Shown in pieces: positions 1 through 11,310 of a DNA stretch of 64,000 nucleotides. Location of the stretch: positions 2,624,001-2,688,000 of the forward strand of contig OZ001293.3 in the NCBI GenBank assembly GCA_963921275.4, read 5' to 3'. The notes under the pieces were generated by a model. That model was not told where the DNA came from and did not search any database. It saw only the letters and a program-made list of their open reading frames with translations. This DNA is from an uncultured Hormoscilla sp. GTDB taxonomy: Bacteria; Cyanobacteriota; Cyanobacteriia; Cyanobacteriales; Desertifilaceae. Both the position numbers and the translations under genes were made by a program. Position 1 is the first letter of the stretch. Each line of letters begins with the position of its first letter.

Positions 1-560
1 TGCAAACGCCCATTACTCAAGGAAGCAGGTTCGTATCGATCGGCTACAAGATGAAATGCCTGAAATTCATCTTGTAGCCGACTGAAAACTATGTAGTAAG
101 GCACCCGTAGTATTTGCTCGTATACTTCCCACTTGGTAGGCGGGTTTCCCGCTTGGCGCACGGTTTGTCCCAAATCTTCATTTTCCGTACTGGGCGATAA
201 GAGTTCAATTATCACAAATGGACTCACCAGTTCTTGCCAAATTACGTAGCTATCCCGCAGATCGCGACCGTCGTAGAGTCGTTCTACTCCCACCACCGCA
301 AACCAATCCGGGCGTTTGTACCAATTCAAATTGCGGCGATCGTAGTAAATGTTGAGGTCAGATGCCACAAACACTTGCTCCGAGGCAATATTCTTCGGTT
401 GGAAACTGTCTGACAACAGCGTTGACTGTAGTCCGTGATATTGGTCTGGCATGGAGATCTCCTCGGGATCTTCGCTGGGCAGGTCGTACATTGTCGGCAA
501 GGTCTGCCGAGGTGAAAGAGGCGGATTAGATTGGGTGGGTAGCGTTGCTAGTTCGTTCAT
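1..560 (-). CDS. Uma2 family endonuclease-like protein, runs off window start
   Basis: Manual translation from ATG at 560: TLPTMYDLPSEDPEE...DLNIYYD...WYKRPDWFAVVGV...IELLSPST...KWEVYEQILRVPYY, typical cyanobacterial Uma2 motifs; absent from ORF track because it is open at the edge. Confidence 0.85.
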   Translation of the reverse strand, partial: MNELATLPTQSNPPLSPRQTLPTMYDLPSEDPEEISMPDQYHGLQSTLLSDSFQPKNIASEQVFVASDLNIYYDRRNLNWYKRPDWFAVVGVERLYDGRDLRDSYVIWQELVSPFVIIELLSPSTENEDLGQTVRQAGNPPTKWEVYEQILRVPYYIVFSRLQDEFQAFHLVADRYEPASLSNGRL

Positions 561-778
561 TGCCAATCTCCTACTAGAGGGTCTTCTCTATTTTAATATC
601 CGATCGCAAAGAGCGGAGTTCTAGAGCATCGGTCAAGTAGGGTATTGGCTATGGTTAAGATTTGGCTAAAAAAAGTAAAATATAAGATAATAAGAGATTA
701 TTCTAGAGTTTGATGGCGCGAAAGGTTATTTAATCCCTAATATAGAGACTGTACTCAATTGTAGTGAGGAGGAGACGG

Positions 779-3700
779 ATGACCATATTTTTCGTAACGC
801 CAGATGACGATCGCGTTACGGGCACCCCAGAAAGAGACCAGATATCGGGTCTGGAAGGAAATGATACTATCAATGGCGCTGGCGGAGATGACGAACTGCG
901 CGGTAACCAGGGTAATGATATCTTGAACGGTGGTCCGGGAAGCGATCGCCTGTTCGGGAACCAGGGTAATGACATTCTCTCAGGCGGTTCGGGCCAGGAT
1001 ACTCTAATCGGAGGCGCCGGCGGAGATATCTTTATCTTGGGACAGGGACAGTCCAATTTCAGGAATGCCGATCTAATCGCAGATTTTCGTCAAGGTCAGG
1101 ATTTAATTGGTTTGAGGAACGGACGGGAATTTGCTGACCTGGAGATCCTAGGTGGCCGCAACGCTGTCCTGCGCCACCGACTACGGGGAGAATTTTTGGC
1201 CATCATCAGGGGAGTTCGGCAATCGGAAATCACCTCAGAGGACTTCACCACGGACTACCGTTCCGGAAAAATCGGGCCACCAACCACGGGACTGGAGGCG
1301 ATCGCCTCCATCGAACTCAGCGGGGCCGAAATTATCGCCCACGACGACTCTACTCAACGGTTGTTTGTAGTCACGGGGAACGAGTTCCTGGAAATTATCG
1401 ATATCGCCGACCCCACCAACCCCATTCAGGTGGATAGCATCAACCTCAGACCCTTTACCGCCAACAGTGTCGCCGCGAACAATGGCATTATCGCCGTTGC
1501 CATTGAAAATACTGTCGCCCAAGACCCTGGACTGGTAGGATTTTTCGATGGGGAGGGAGGATTTTTCGGTGCTGTCACCGTGGGGGCCCTGCCAGATATG
1601 ATTACTTTCACCCCCGATGGTCAAAAAGTTCTCGTGGCGAATGAAGGAGAACCTAACGATGATTATACCATTGACCCAGAAGGTTCTGTCAGCATTATCG
1701 ATCTATCTGGTGGGGTTGCTAACCTGAGTCAGGATAACGTTACTACTGCTGACTTTACCGCTTTTAACGATCGCCTCTCCGAACTCCTGGCAGCGGGAGT
1801 GAGGATCTTCGGTCCGGGGGCCACGGTAGCAGAAGATGTCGAACCTGAATATATCACAGTTTCGGCAGATTCCCAAACCGCCTGGATTTCTTTGCAAGAA
1901 AATAATGCGATCGCCCGCTTGGACATCAACGCCGGGGAGATAACGGGAATCTTCCCCCTGGGGTTCAAAGACCACAATGCCCAACCAGTTTTGAATACTT
2001 TCTTCTTCAACCCTGCCGAGTTACCCAGTCTGGGAACCACCGATTTTTCCGGAACGGTAGCGCGAGGGGAGATTAAACTGAGTGGATTCTCCGGATTATA
2101 CTATGAAGGGGTCAACCCCGAGAATGGGAATTTGCAATTTATCACCCATCCCGATCGGGGACCCGATGACGGCACAGATGAAAATGGTAATCGGATATTT
2201 CTCTTACCCGAGTTCCAACCAGAATTAGTTCGCTTTGAACTGGATCGGGAGTCGGGTGTATTAGATATTGTCGATCGCATCGGTCTGAAACGTCAAGATG
2301 GCACGCCCCTGACGGGTTTACCCAACCTGCCAGAATTAGATCCGGACAGTCCCGTAGACGAAGATGGTAACCTGTTAGAGTTCGACCCCTTGGGAATAGA
2401 TGCTGAGGGAGTTGTGGTGGCGCCGGACGGAACCTTCTGGTTAGTAGACGAATACCGTCCCTCCATCTATCACTTCCTCCCCGACGGAACTCTATTTAAC
2501 CGTTACGTACCAGAAGGACTCGACCCCGCTGTGGGAACCCCGGCATTACCCGCAGTGTATAATACGCGGCGACCCAACCGAGGGTTTGAAGCAGTGGCCT
2601 ACGAGGAAGGGAAAATCTATGCTTTCATTCAGCGACAACAAAGGACCGGAACCAGAAGGGGTCGCAGTGGGACAAGTGGGCGATCGCACCTATGCCTTCA
2701 TCGGCTTAGAACGGATTGGGGGTATCATGACCTATGATGTCACAGATCCGTTTAATCCCAAGTTCGTCCAGTATCTGAATAATAATCCCGAGTTTCTGCC
2801 TACAGGAGACATTGCCCCCGAAGGACTGACCTTTATCTCCCAGACAAATAGTCCCACAAACAATCCTCTGTTAGTTGTCGGGAACGAAGTCAGCGCCACA
2901 ACTACAATATTCGAGTTCGGGGGTGACTCTCGCGGTCCCGGTCCGCAACCCAACAGTCTGGTAAATGGGGTTGCTAGCGGCGATACGACTCAGGATGGGA
3001 CAGTATTATGGACTCGCAGCACATCACTAGGGGATGTCACCTTTGAATATGCTACGGACCCCAACTTTCTGACTATTGTTGGCAGCGAGAATGCTACAGT
3101 CACGAACCCCGACCTGCCAGTAAAGGTAGAATTGACGGGTTTGAGTCCGGGAACTGAGTATTATTATCGCGTGACTGACTCCGCCGGAGACTCAGAGACT
3201 GGAAAGTTCGCAACTGCTAACGAACTGGGAACCCAAGCAGGGTTGACCTTTGGCGTATCTGGAGACTGGCGGGGCGAGTTAAGTCCCTATCCCGCGATCG
3301 TCAACGCCCCAGAAAAAGATTTAGACTTTTTCGTGTTGCATGGGGACACCGTCTACGCCGACTTTCCCTCTCCCGCCGTCCCTCTGGAACAGGCCACAAC
3401 CCTAGCAGAGTTTCGGGACAAAAACAGCGAAGTGTACGATACCCGCTTGGGTTTGAATGCCTGGGGGGACCTGCGGGCCTCCACTTCGGTGTTAGCGACC
3501 ATAGACGACCACGAAGTCACCAACGACTTTGCCGGGGGTGCCCCAGCAGCAACGGATCCCCGCTTTGGCACATCTGATGGTTTAATCAACGACACCGAAC
3601 TGTATTCTTGGAATGCAAGCATTCCAAGAATACAATCCCATCCGGGATGAATTTTATGGAGAAACGGGAGACCCTCGCACCGCTGGCGAACGAAAACTCT

Positions 3701-4566
3701 ATCGGTTTAATACCTACGGGGATGATGCTGCCGTCATCATTCTGGACAACCGTTCTTTCCGCGACCCCCAGCTGCCAAACGTGACGGATGTCACCGATAC
3801 CGAACAAGTTGCTGCATTTTTGGCAAGTTTTTTCGACCCCGATCGCACGATGCTGGGGGCCCAGCAGCTAGCAGACTTAAAAGCAGACTTGCTGCAAGCA
3901 TCCGATAATGGCATCACCTGGAAATTCGTGATGGTGCCCGAACCCATCCAAAACCTGGGGGTAGCGCTAGCGGCCGATCGGTTTGAAGGATATGCAGCGG
4001 AACGGACGGAGATTTTGCAATTCATCTACCAGAACAATATCGAGAATGTCGTCTTCGTAGCAGCAGACGTGCATGGGACGATCGTCAATAATCTCACCTA
4101 TCAGACCGACCCTCTAGGGCCCCAAATACCCACAGGTGCCTGGGAAATCACCACGGGTGCTGTCGCTTACGATCGGCCCTTAGGACCCACGGTAGTGGGA
4201 ATAGCTGCGGCCAGTGGTTTACTAACACCGGAACAACTAGAATTTTACAATTCTCTTCCCACTGTCAACGATGGAGATGATGTTGTCGATGACAAGGATG
4301 ACTTTTTCAAAGATCTGACCGACCAACAGCTAATTCCCTTCGGTTATGACCCCGTGGGATTGCAAGATTCCGGGATTGATGCTACCTTACTCCAAGGTGA
4401 CTATGTTGCTGCTCACAGTTACGGCTGGACGGAGTTCGCGATCAATCCCATCAGCCAAAACCTGCTAGTCACCACCTACGGGATAGACTCCTACAGCGAA
4501 GACCAACTGCTAGCAAATCCTGGGGCCATTGTCGGGCGCGTGCCCGCGATCGTCAGTCAGTTTTAA
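779..4566 (+). pseudogene. Multidomain alkaline phosphatase (RTX Ca-binding repeats + choice-of-anchor-I/PhoA-like + phytase-like + PhoD), split over three frames
   Basis: GGxGxDxL repeats; VGALPDMITFTPDG..VANEGEP; DEYRPS, NRGFEAVA; SDNKGPEPEG; PhoD motifs HGDTVYAD, DDHEVTND, DVH. Frame breaks near 2630 and 3607. Confidence 0.85.
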
Positions 4567-4684
4567 GTAACCCCCGTGTAGTCGGTCAAGAAACCGGGTT
4601 TGGATGGTCAAGGATCTTTTTGTTTATCGGGTCGGGTTGTTCTTCATTAGAAACCCGGTTTCTAGCTTCTACTGCACTCTACTG

Positions 4685-5332
4685 CTACAGCAAGCAGATC
4701 GCCTTGAGAACTTGCAGTAGTTCCCGGGTGCGATCGCCTGCAAAAAAGTCCAGTATTGGCATAAATTGATAAGTAGGCGGATTTCCCTGTTGAATATAAA
4801 CAAACTGATAGGTACGACCATTAGTAGTCAAGCCCCAAACCGATGCTTGACTTTCGAGGCTTTGGAAAGCATAGGTGAGTAATTGGGACAAACCGGTAAA
4901 TTCCGCTGCTGCGCTGTTTTTGCTTTCTACGACCAAAATCCACAGAGGGGTATTACTTGCAGTATATTTCTGTTTGTGGGCAGCGACAATATCAAAGCGC
5001 CCTGTAATATAGGTATCCTCATCATCAATATAAAGGCGGGCAATATCTTCTTCAATTTTCACCTGGATGGGGGGCCGGTTAAAACCAGCTAACCGCAATA
5101 ATGGTGCAACCGCTATAACGCGCACCTGTCCTTCCGTGACTTTCCCCTCTCTCCAATAGGCGATCAACTCATTCTGTATGCGATCGAGTTCCTGTTGTTC
5201 GCTGTCAGTCAGGGGTTCGATTTTTCCGGAACGGTGGGTTAACAGCGGGGTAAAGGAACCGTTGTATCTGGGTTGAAACCCTAGCAAGCGTTCGACATCT
5301 TGTAGAGAAAGCTTGCGAGGTATTGTAGTCAT
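4685..5332 (-). CDS. Restriction-endonuclease-like protein (type I R-subunit N-terminal-like, PD-(D/E)xK)
   Basis: GRFDI...VVESK...QLLTYA...WGLTTNG motifs; contains a 15-nt in-frame micro-insertion at 5221-5235. Confidence 0.7.
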   Translation of the reverse strand: MTTIPRKLSLQDVERLLGFQPRYNGSFTPLLTHRSGKIEPLTDSEQQELDRIQNELIAYWREGKVTEGQVRVIAVAPLLRLAGFNRPPIQVKIEEDIARLYIDDEDTYITGRFDIVAAHKQKYTASNTPLWILVVESKNSAAAEFTGLSQLLTYAFQSLESQASVWGLTTNGRTYQFVYIQQGNPPTYQFMPILDFFAGDRTRELLQVLKAICLL

Positions 5333-5555
5333 AACATAGGATAGAATTGGTATTAGATATCATTATAGCACCTCTTGTCACTACTACTGGACAGACTCTC
5401 GATAGTTAGTCAGACCTTTGTCATCAGCATGGGCTCTGACCAACTCCGATCGTCAGTCAGCCCACGATCGTGATAACATCAATTTATTTACTTGCCAAGA
5501 AAAAAGTTATCGTGGTATGATAGAGGAAGATAATCAAATAGGAGTACACAAAACC

Positions 5556-5783
5556 ATGATGACTGGATTAGAAGCATTACAATCTGTCCAATTTGTCACG
5601 GTAAAAGGAAAGCGACTAGCTGTCCTGAGTGCAGAAGATTGGGAAGCCATGATAGAATGGTTGGAAAATGTTGAAGATGTGCAAATCGCCCAGAGGGCCT
5701 TCGCACAATTGAAAGCAGTAGGAGGTGATCGGGAAAAAGTAGGTTGGTTGAAATGGGACTCTGTGGAAAAGGAGTTAGAGTGA
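5556..5783 (+). CDS. Probable type II antitoxin
   Basis: Small ORF with GKRLAVLSAEDWEAMIEWLENVED, overlapping the start of a RelE-like gene. Confidence 0.6.
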   Translation: MMTGLEALQSVQFVTVKGKRLAVLSAEDWEAMIEWLENVEDVQIAQRAFAQLKAVGGDREKVGWLKWDSVEKELE

Positions 5784-6129
5784 AACACTATACAGTTTAC
5801 ATCACCCCTGAAACATTTCGTGAAATCAAAAACCTTCCATAGAACATAGGACAGCGCGTCAGACAAGCGATTAGAGAATTGGGGCTGAAAATCCTCGCCC
5901 GTCTCGCAGTAAAATGCTTAACGTGCCTGACTTTGAAAACGAGTTCTGGCGACTGCGGCTAGATAGTTGGCGGATCTTGTATGCGATTGCAGAAGCGGAT
6001 CTGGTAGTAGACGTAGTTGCTGTACGTAAACGCCCGCCATATGACTACGGAGACTTGGAGAGACTGATAAAAAAACTTACAGTAGCACCCCTGCCAAGGA
6101 GACATTTGACACAAACTATACAATATTAA
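5780..6129 (+). pseudogene. RelE/ParE family toxin with stop and frameshift
   Basis: GTG start YTVYITPETFREIKNLP, TAG at 5840, frameshift near 5885, then ENPRP..WRLRLDSWRILYAI..VVAVRKR. Confidence 0.75.
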
Positions 6130-6208
6130 ATTGTCTGTGTCAAGTGATGCAGTAAGCTAATAACAATGAAGAACCATGCCATTAACCATTAACCATTAAC
6201 CATTAACC

Positions 6209-7318
6209 ATGATAAGCAATGTCAAAATACTTACCATCCCACTATCGGGAAGTTGCGCGCTCGTTAGCGAGAACTTTGGATCGCAGTTCCAAACCTACTG
6301 TTCCGGTTCCAGTATCTCCCCCCTGTTCATGCTAGGGGATGCTGTAGAACTCTTAAACTCACTACCAAGTGAGTCGATCGACTGCTGCATGACCAGTCCT
6401 CCCTACTGGGGGAAGCGGGAGTACGAAGCCGGAGGAATTGGTCTAGAAAAAGATTTCCAGGATTACATTAATAATTTATGTGCAGTATTTGCAGAAGTCA
6501 AGCGAGTATTGAAGTCAACAGGCTCGTTTTGGTTGAATATTGGCGACAGTTACTGTAGTAAGCAGCTTCTGGGTATTCCCTGGCGGGTGGCGATCACCCT
6601 CACCGACTCCCAAGGATGGACCCTGAGAAACAGCGCCATCTGGAATAAAGTTAAAGGCGGCCCAGATCGGGCCAAAGATCGACTGCGAAACATCCACGAA
6701 AATGTCTTCCATTTCGTTAAATCACCCAAAGGTTACTACTATGATGAGGATGCAATAAGATCCACTCCCAGAAAAGCCAAAGTAGTCAATGGAGCAATTG
6801 TATCAGCAACAGGAGTGACAGGTATTCGCTATCACCGTCAAATCGAACTATCTACAGAACTTACAGAAATAGAGAAAGCCAATGCTAGGGCTGCTTTAGA
6901 TGCCATGCTGGAAGAAATTAAAAATGGCAATTTGGCTGATTTTCGCATGATTATCCGGGGTCAACAGCGAACGACGCACTCCAATTATACCTCAGTTTCG
7001 GGACGGGCAAAAGAACTTAAAGAGAAAGGCTTTTACTTTCTTAAGTATCACCCCAAAGGCTCAAAGCCAAGTGACATTTGGGAAATTTTACCAGAAGATA
7101 GTCAGAAGCGCAAGGTTCATTTTGCCCCTTACCCCGTCGATCTCTGTAAAATTCCCATATCAGCAACTTGTCCGCCTAAGGGAATAGTTCTCGATCCATT
7201 TGCAGGAACTGGTACGACAATGGTAGCAGCGCGACTACAGATGAAAAAATCCATCGGTATTGATATTTGCCGCCGATACCTAGAACTAGCGCAAGAAAGA
7301 AGCGAAACAATTTTATGA
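6209..7318 (+). CDS. Site-specific amino DNA methyltransferase (beta class, probably N4-cytosine)
   Basis: TSPPYW before HFAPYP and VLDPFAGTGTT; true start may be downstream (6329). Confidence 0.9.
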   Translation: MISNVKILTIPLSGSCALVSENFGSQFQTYCSGSSISPLFMLGDAVELLNSLPSESIDCCMTSPPYWGKREYEAGGIGLEKDFQDYINNLCAVFAEVKRVLKSTGSFWLNIGDSYCSKQLLGIPWRVAITLTDSQGWTLRNSAIWNKVKGGPDRAKDRLRNIHENVFHFVKSPKGYYYDEDAIRSTPRKAKVVNGAIVSATGVTGIRYHRQIELSTELTEIEKANARAALDAMLEEIKNGNLADFRMIIRGQQRTTHSNYTSVSGRAKELKEKGFYFLKYHPKGSKPSDIWEILPEDSQKRKVHFAPYPVDLCKIPISATCPPKGIVLDPFAGTGTTMVAARLQMKKSIGIDICRRYLELAQERSETIL

Positions 7319-8163
7319 GCAAAGTTGTTGAATTGTTTGGAATATCAAAGACAGAAGCAAATGTAGACTGGTCAAATGTTGTAGAAGAACAGCATTGTCC
7401 CTATCTACAAAAACGCTGCATTAAAATTCGCAAGAGTCAACCCGAAGTTTCTATAGGCACCTGTACGGTAATGTATGGGAAGCAAAAAGTTTCCACAATC
7501 ATCTGTCCTCATCGCCTGCTGGAACGAAAGCAAATATTTACAGACTGTCTGCACTTGTTAACCACGCATCAACCTGGAAATGAATTGCACGTTGTGACTG
7601 AAGTCTCACTCCCAGGAGGCAACGTAGATTACTTTCTATTGTCAGTCAATCAAAGCAAAGTAAGAGATTTTGTAGGAATTGAATTGCAGGCCCTGGATAC
7701 GACTGGAACCGTTTGGCAAGAACGCAAACGATTGCTTGAGGATCTTGGCGTTGAAGCAAATGCAGGTGATAATGAGTCTCGCAAATCTTTTGGAATTAAC
7801 TGGAAGATGACAGCAAAGACAAGCCTAGTTCAGTTACATCATAAAATAGATACTTTTGAAAAGTTACAGAAAAAGTTGGTATTGGTGGTTCAAGACTGCT
7901 TTCTTAGCTATATGCAGCGCCAGTTTAATTTTGCCCATGTAAACCAAGCTATAATCCGAGACTCAATGCACATTCACTCTTATCAGATGGTGATGCAAGC
8001 AGAGCACTCCTACAAGCTAACTTTAGAGGAACGCCTCAGTACTGATGCAGCGGGAATCGCTAAATGTCTAGAACTGCAAGCTGAAGCAAATGTTGAACTC
8101 GAACAGATAATCCAGGTTCTGGAATCAAAAATTTTAGGAGCTACTCTCTTCACACTTGTCTGA
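7315..8163 (+). CDS. NotI-like type II restriction endonuclease
   Basis: N-terminal CPY..C.K...GTC...ICPHRL cysteine cluster, VD...GIELQA nuclease motif; ATGA overlap with methylase stop. Confidence 0.75.
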   Translation: MSKVVELFGISKTEANVDWSNVVEEQHCPYLQKRCIKIRKSQPEVSIGTCTVMYGKQKVSTIICPHRLLERKQIFTDCLHLLTTHQPGNELHVVTEVSLPGGNVDYFLLSVNQSKVRDFVGIELQALDTTGTVWQERKRLLEDLGVEANAGDNESRKSFGINWKMTAKTSLVQLHHKIDTFEKLQKKLVLVVQDCFLSYMQRQFNFAHVNQAIIRDSMHIHSYQMVMQAEHSYKLTLEERLSTDAAGIAKCLELQAEANVELEQIIQVLESKILGATLFTLV

Positions 8164-8265
8164 TATCAATTTGTAGGTTCTCGTATTTGGAATAAAAGAA
8201 TATGATTGACAGAGTTCGCGCAATGGCGATCCAATTCTCAATTAACCATTGTTCAATTTCCTGTG

Positions 8266-9417
8266 TTAATTTCTCTGATAGCGCATACCAGGCAGTTGGG
8301 ACACCAAACCCAACAACTCTAACTGCAACAACGCACTAGAAACAGAACTAGCATCCATGACAGCTTGCTCGACAATTAAATCAAACAATATCGCTTCTGA
8401 CGGTACAGCCTCCAACACCTTTGCCAGGTCTGGCGCTAAATCGGGTACAGTCGGTGAAGAGGACGCAGGCGCAAACAACTCCAACTGTTCGGCCTTCTGT
8501 TCCCTCTGAGAGACTGGTGCAGCATCCAGTTGGGGAATAGCACCCAACATTTCCAGCAGATAACCTTCACTAATAATCAATTGGGCCCCCTTACTCAGTA
8601 GCCCCAAACAACCCTGAGACTTCAGATCGTCCAGACGCCCAGGCAAAACATAGACATCTCGCCCAAAATCATTGGCCAAGCGGGCGCTAATCAATGCACC
8701 CGAATTCACAGGCGCTTCCATGATCAGCACAGCACGACATAAACCTACAATAATCCGATTACGTTGGGGAAAGTGAGCCCGATCGGGTTGAGTACCTGCC
8801 GGATACTCACTTACCATCAACCCCTGCTGGAGAATTTGTTCATAAAGCTGTTTATTTCGAGGCGGATAAATCATATCCACCCCCGTGCCAAAGACCGCGA
8901 TCGTCCGTCCGCTGGCTTCCAGACAGCCCCGATGGGCTTCACTATCAATACCCTGTGCCATGCCAGAGACGATCGTAAAACCCTGCTGGGCAAGAGTGCT
9001 ACTAATTCTGCGAGTCCAGCGTTTACCATAGTCAGTCGGTTCCCGCGTCCCGACGATCGCCACTGCTGGTGTCATGCCTTGATTTTCCTCTCGTCGCACC
9101 ACCCCCCGGTAATACAGCAGGGTCGGAGGATTAGGAATTTCCCGCAGCAGGCGAGGATAGTCAGCATCAGCAGGAGTCCAAAAATGAGGATTTTTCCGTA
9201 AATGCGCTTCGGCGAGTTTTTCCGGGTCGATCGCCTTTCGGGCCGCCAACACCGTTGCCACCGTCTTAGGGCCAAACCCCTCCACTTGCCCCAAAGCCTC
9301 AGCATCCGCATGCCAAGCAGCTGCCAGGGTGCCAAAATGCTGTTGCAGACGCAATAGCAGAATCGGTCCAATGCCCTTAACCTGCGACCAGGCCAACCAA
9401 AATGCACCTTCTGCCAT
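8266..9417 (-). CDS. dprA: DNA processing protein DprA
   Basis: AIVGTR, IVSGMAQGIDSEAH, FPQRNRII, SGALISA, C-terminal winged helix LLQLELLGLV. Confidence 0.95.
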   Translation of the reverse strand: MAEGAFWLAWSQVKGIGPILLLRLQQHFGTLAAAWHADAEALGQVEGFGPKTVATVLAARKAIDPEKLAEAHLRKNPHFWTPADADYPRLLREIPNPPTLLYYRGVVRREENQGMTPAVAIVGTREPTDYGKRWTRRISSTLAQQGFTIVSGMAQGIDSEAHRGCLEASGRTIAVFGTGVDMIYPPRNKQLYEQILQQGLMVSEYPAGTQPDRAHFPQRNRIIVGLCRAVLIMEAPVNSGALISARLANDFGRDVYVLPGRLDDLKSQGCLGLLSKGAQLIISEGYLLEMLGAIPQLDAAPVSQREQKAEQLELFAPASSSPTVPDLAPDLAKVLEAVPSEAILFDLIVEQAVMDASSVSSALLQLELLGLVSQLPGMRYQRN

Positions 9418-9510
9418 TTGCTAATTATTCGTGTTCATTGTCAACAGGTTGCCCTTGTCTCCCCCGGTCAGACAGCCACCGTTCCCGTGGCTCCGACGGA
9501 GCGGTGGGTT

Positions 9511-9561
9511 CTGTCACTTGACAGACTCGATCAATATTCAATCATGTCTGTCAAGTGACAG
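9511..9561. repeat. Perfect 16-bp inverted repeat, degenerate relatives near 5376 and 6101
   Basis: CTGTCACTTGACAGAC (9511-9526) / GTCTGTCAAGTGACAG (9546-9561). Confidence 0.85.
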
Positions 9562-9913
9562 GAGGATGACACTCTTGCATCTGTAATGGTATACTAAGTG
9601 AATTAAACCATGAAAAATTCGCTTATGCGGGACTTGAGAATTTTCTCAGGCAAAAAACGGCTTCTTAGCTGACTGGGTGGGGGATTTAGGTCGAACGTGC
9701 TCTTGGGAGCTTAAACCCAGAGCCTGCGGAGTTCCAGACCTGATCGACTTAAAAGTGCCTCTGTGAAAAGGTTTGATACCAATTGACGCCTATTTTTTCG
9801 CAAAGTCCCGATAGCCATCCTGGGCGACTTGCCGCTCGCCAAAAATGCAAATAGCTTCTTGTTAATGGTCAAATGTAAATTATTTGTTTTGATTTGCACT
9901 TTAGCCTTCGGCG

Positions 9914-10030
9914 TCTCCTGGGTAGTGCGAGTACAAAGCGAGCGGTCTCCTCTTTTGTGCGAATATGATGTCCCCCGGGTTTCGCCGTGCATTCGGGGGA
10001 CATCAAGCTTCCAGGAGACACCTCCCAGGA
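9914..10030 (+). repeat. ~110-bp GATGTC..GACATC hairpin element, copy 1
   Basis: Near-identical to 10838-10950. Confidence 0.85.
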
Positions 10031-10074
10031 GACGCCAACAAAACTATCATCAATCATGTAGTGGAAGTAGGACG

Positions 10075-10806
10075 ATGAGCCAAATTAGCGTTGTCTTGAT
10101 TGAAGATCATGACCTGACTCGCGTGGGTCTGCGGACAGCATTTCATCAGCGGCGCGAGGTAAAAGTAATAGGCGAAGCAGCTAATGGCAAGGAAGGTCTG
10201 AAGTTGGTGACCGACATTAAGCCAGATATCGCTATAGTCGATATCGGTTTGCCAGACATAGATGGAATAGAGCTGACTCGCTGGCTGAAGAAGAACAGGT
10301 CAGCATCAAGAGAGTCCAAACAAAAAGTCTTGATTTTAACCATGCAGGACAATGATGAGACGGTGCTAGCAGCATTTGCAGCCGGTGCAGACTCGTACTG
10401 TATGAAGGATGTCAACCTAGAAAAGTTGATCGAGGCCCTAATCGTTACCCAAGAAGGCAACAATTGGGTGGACCCGACGATCGCCAGGATAGTGCTACAG
10501 CAAGCACGCAACAATTCGACAAGTGGACGTTCAGCAGGGTTCGGTGGTGCAGCACGGCCAAAAGCTATTCAGGTGAGTTTGAAACCAGAATATGGCCCGC
10601 GGCGGCAAACATCCTCCCTGACAGAAAGGGAATTGCAAGTGCTAGAACTAATTGTGGCAGGATGCAGTAATGCCGCGATCGCCGAAAGGCTGTATATTAC
10701 TGTAGGGACAGTCAAAACCCACGTCCGGAATATTCTCAACAAGCTCTGTGCTGATGACCGCACCCAAGCAGCGGTGCGGGCTCTACGCCGTGGCTTAGTA
10801 GGATGA
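10075..10806 (+). CDS. NarL/LuxR family response regulator
   Basis: REC (IEDH..DIGLPDIDG) plus LuxR HTH (LTERELQVL..TVKTHVRNILNKL); ATG at 10075 after the repeat. Confidence 0.93.
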   Translation: MSQISVVLIEDHDLTRVGLRTAFHQRREVKVIGEAANGKEGLKLVTDIKPDIAIVDIGLPDIDGIELTRWLKKNRSASRESKQKVLILTMQDNDETVLAAFAAGADSYCMKDVNLEKLIEALIVTQEGNNWVDPTIARIVLQQARNNSTSGRSAGFGGAARPKAIQVSLKPEYGPRRQTSSLTERELQVLELIVAGCSNAAIAERLYITVGTVKTHVRNILNKLCADDRTQAAVRALRRGLVG

Positions 10807-10811
10807 CCAGT

Positions 10812-11180
10812 CGATGTTTCCTGGGTAGTGCGAATACGATGTCTTCTGGGTAGTGCGACTAGACACGCGAGCGGTCTCCTCTTTTGTGCAAATATGATGT
10901 CCCCCGGGTTTCGCCGTGCGTCCGGGGGACATCAAGCTCCCAGGAGACCGCTCGCCCTGTCAGAAGACATCGAGCGACCAGGAAACATCGAATGTGTCTC
11001 CTGGGTAGTGCGGGGGCATCGTCGCACACCATCGGGAAGGCGACAAACCAATTTCGCCAGATGGCTCAGTTAAGATATAACCTGTAAACTGATATCAGCT
11101 TCGATGTCTCTGCCAGAGATCTTGTCCCAGGGGACATGGCTGCGCTCCCGCAAGGGATACGGCACACAGGAGACATCGAT
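10812..11180 (+). repeat. Cluster of CGATGTCTC..GAGACATCG hairpin repeats including copy 2 of the 110-bp element
   Basis: Recurrent CTGGGTAGTGCG and TCCCAGGGGACAT..CAGGAGACATCG motifs; relatives at 19761, 24510, 24975, 27130, 56200-56445. Confidence 0.8.
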
Positions 11181-11310
11181 TGGGCATTGTCAATCGCTAG
11201 CGCTCCTGGGTCGCACGATGGATCTGCTGCGCGATCGGCGGGGAAAGGAGAATATAAATAGACTTACACTCAAGCCATTGGCGTTAAATTAACATTAAGT
11301 GGAGTACGGC

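Noticed and set aside
4590..4665. AGAAACCGGGTTTC and GTAGGTTGG palindromes (also 18129, 29651, 29726, 34877, 43437)
   Set aside because: Common cyanobacterial REP-like repeats with no special arrangement here.
6179..6212. Heptamer tandem repeats (also near 18088, 18168, 20278, 25954) as a new signal
   Set aside because: Known short tandem repeats of filamentous cyanobacteria.
9829..10074. 82-aa N-terminal extension of the response regulator
   Set aside because: Translated repeat element; the REC domain starts at ATG 10075.
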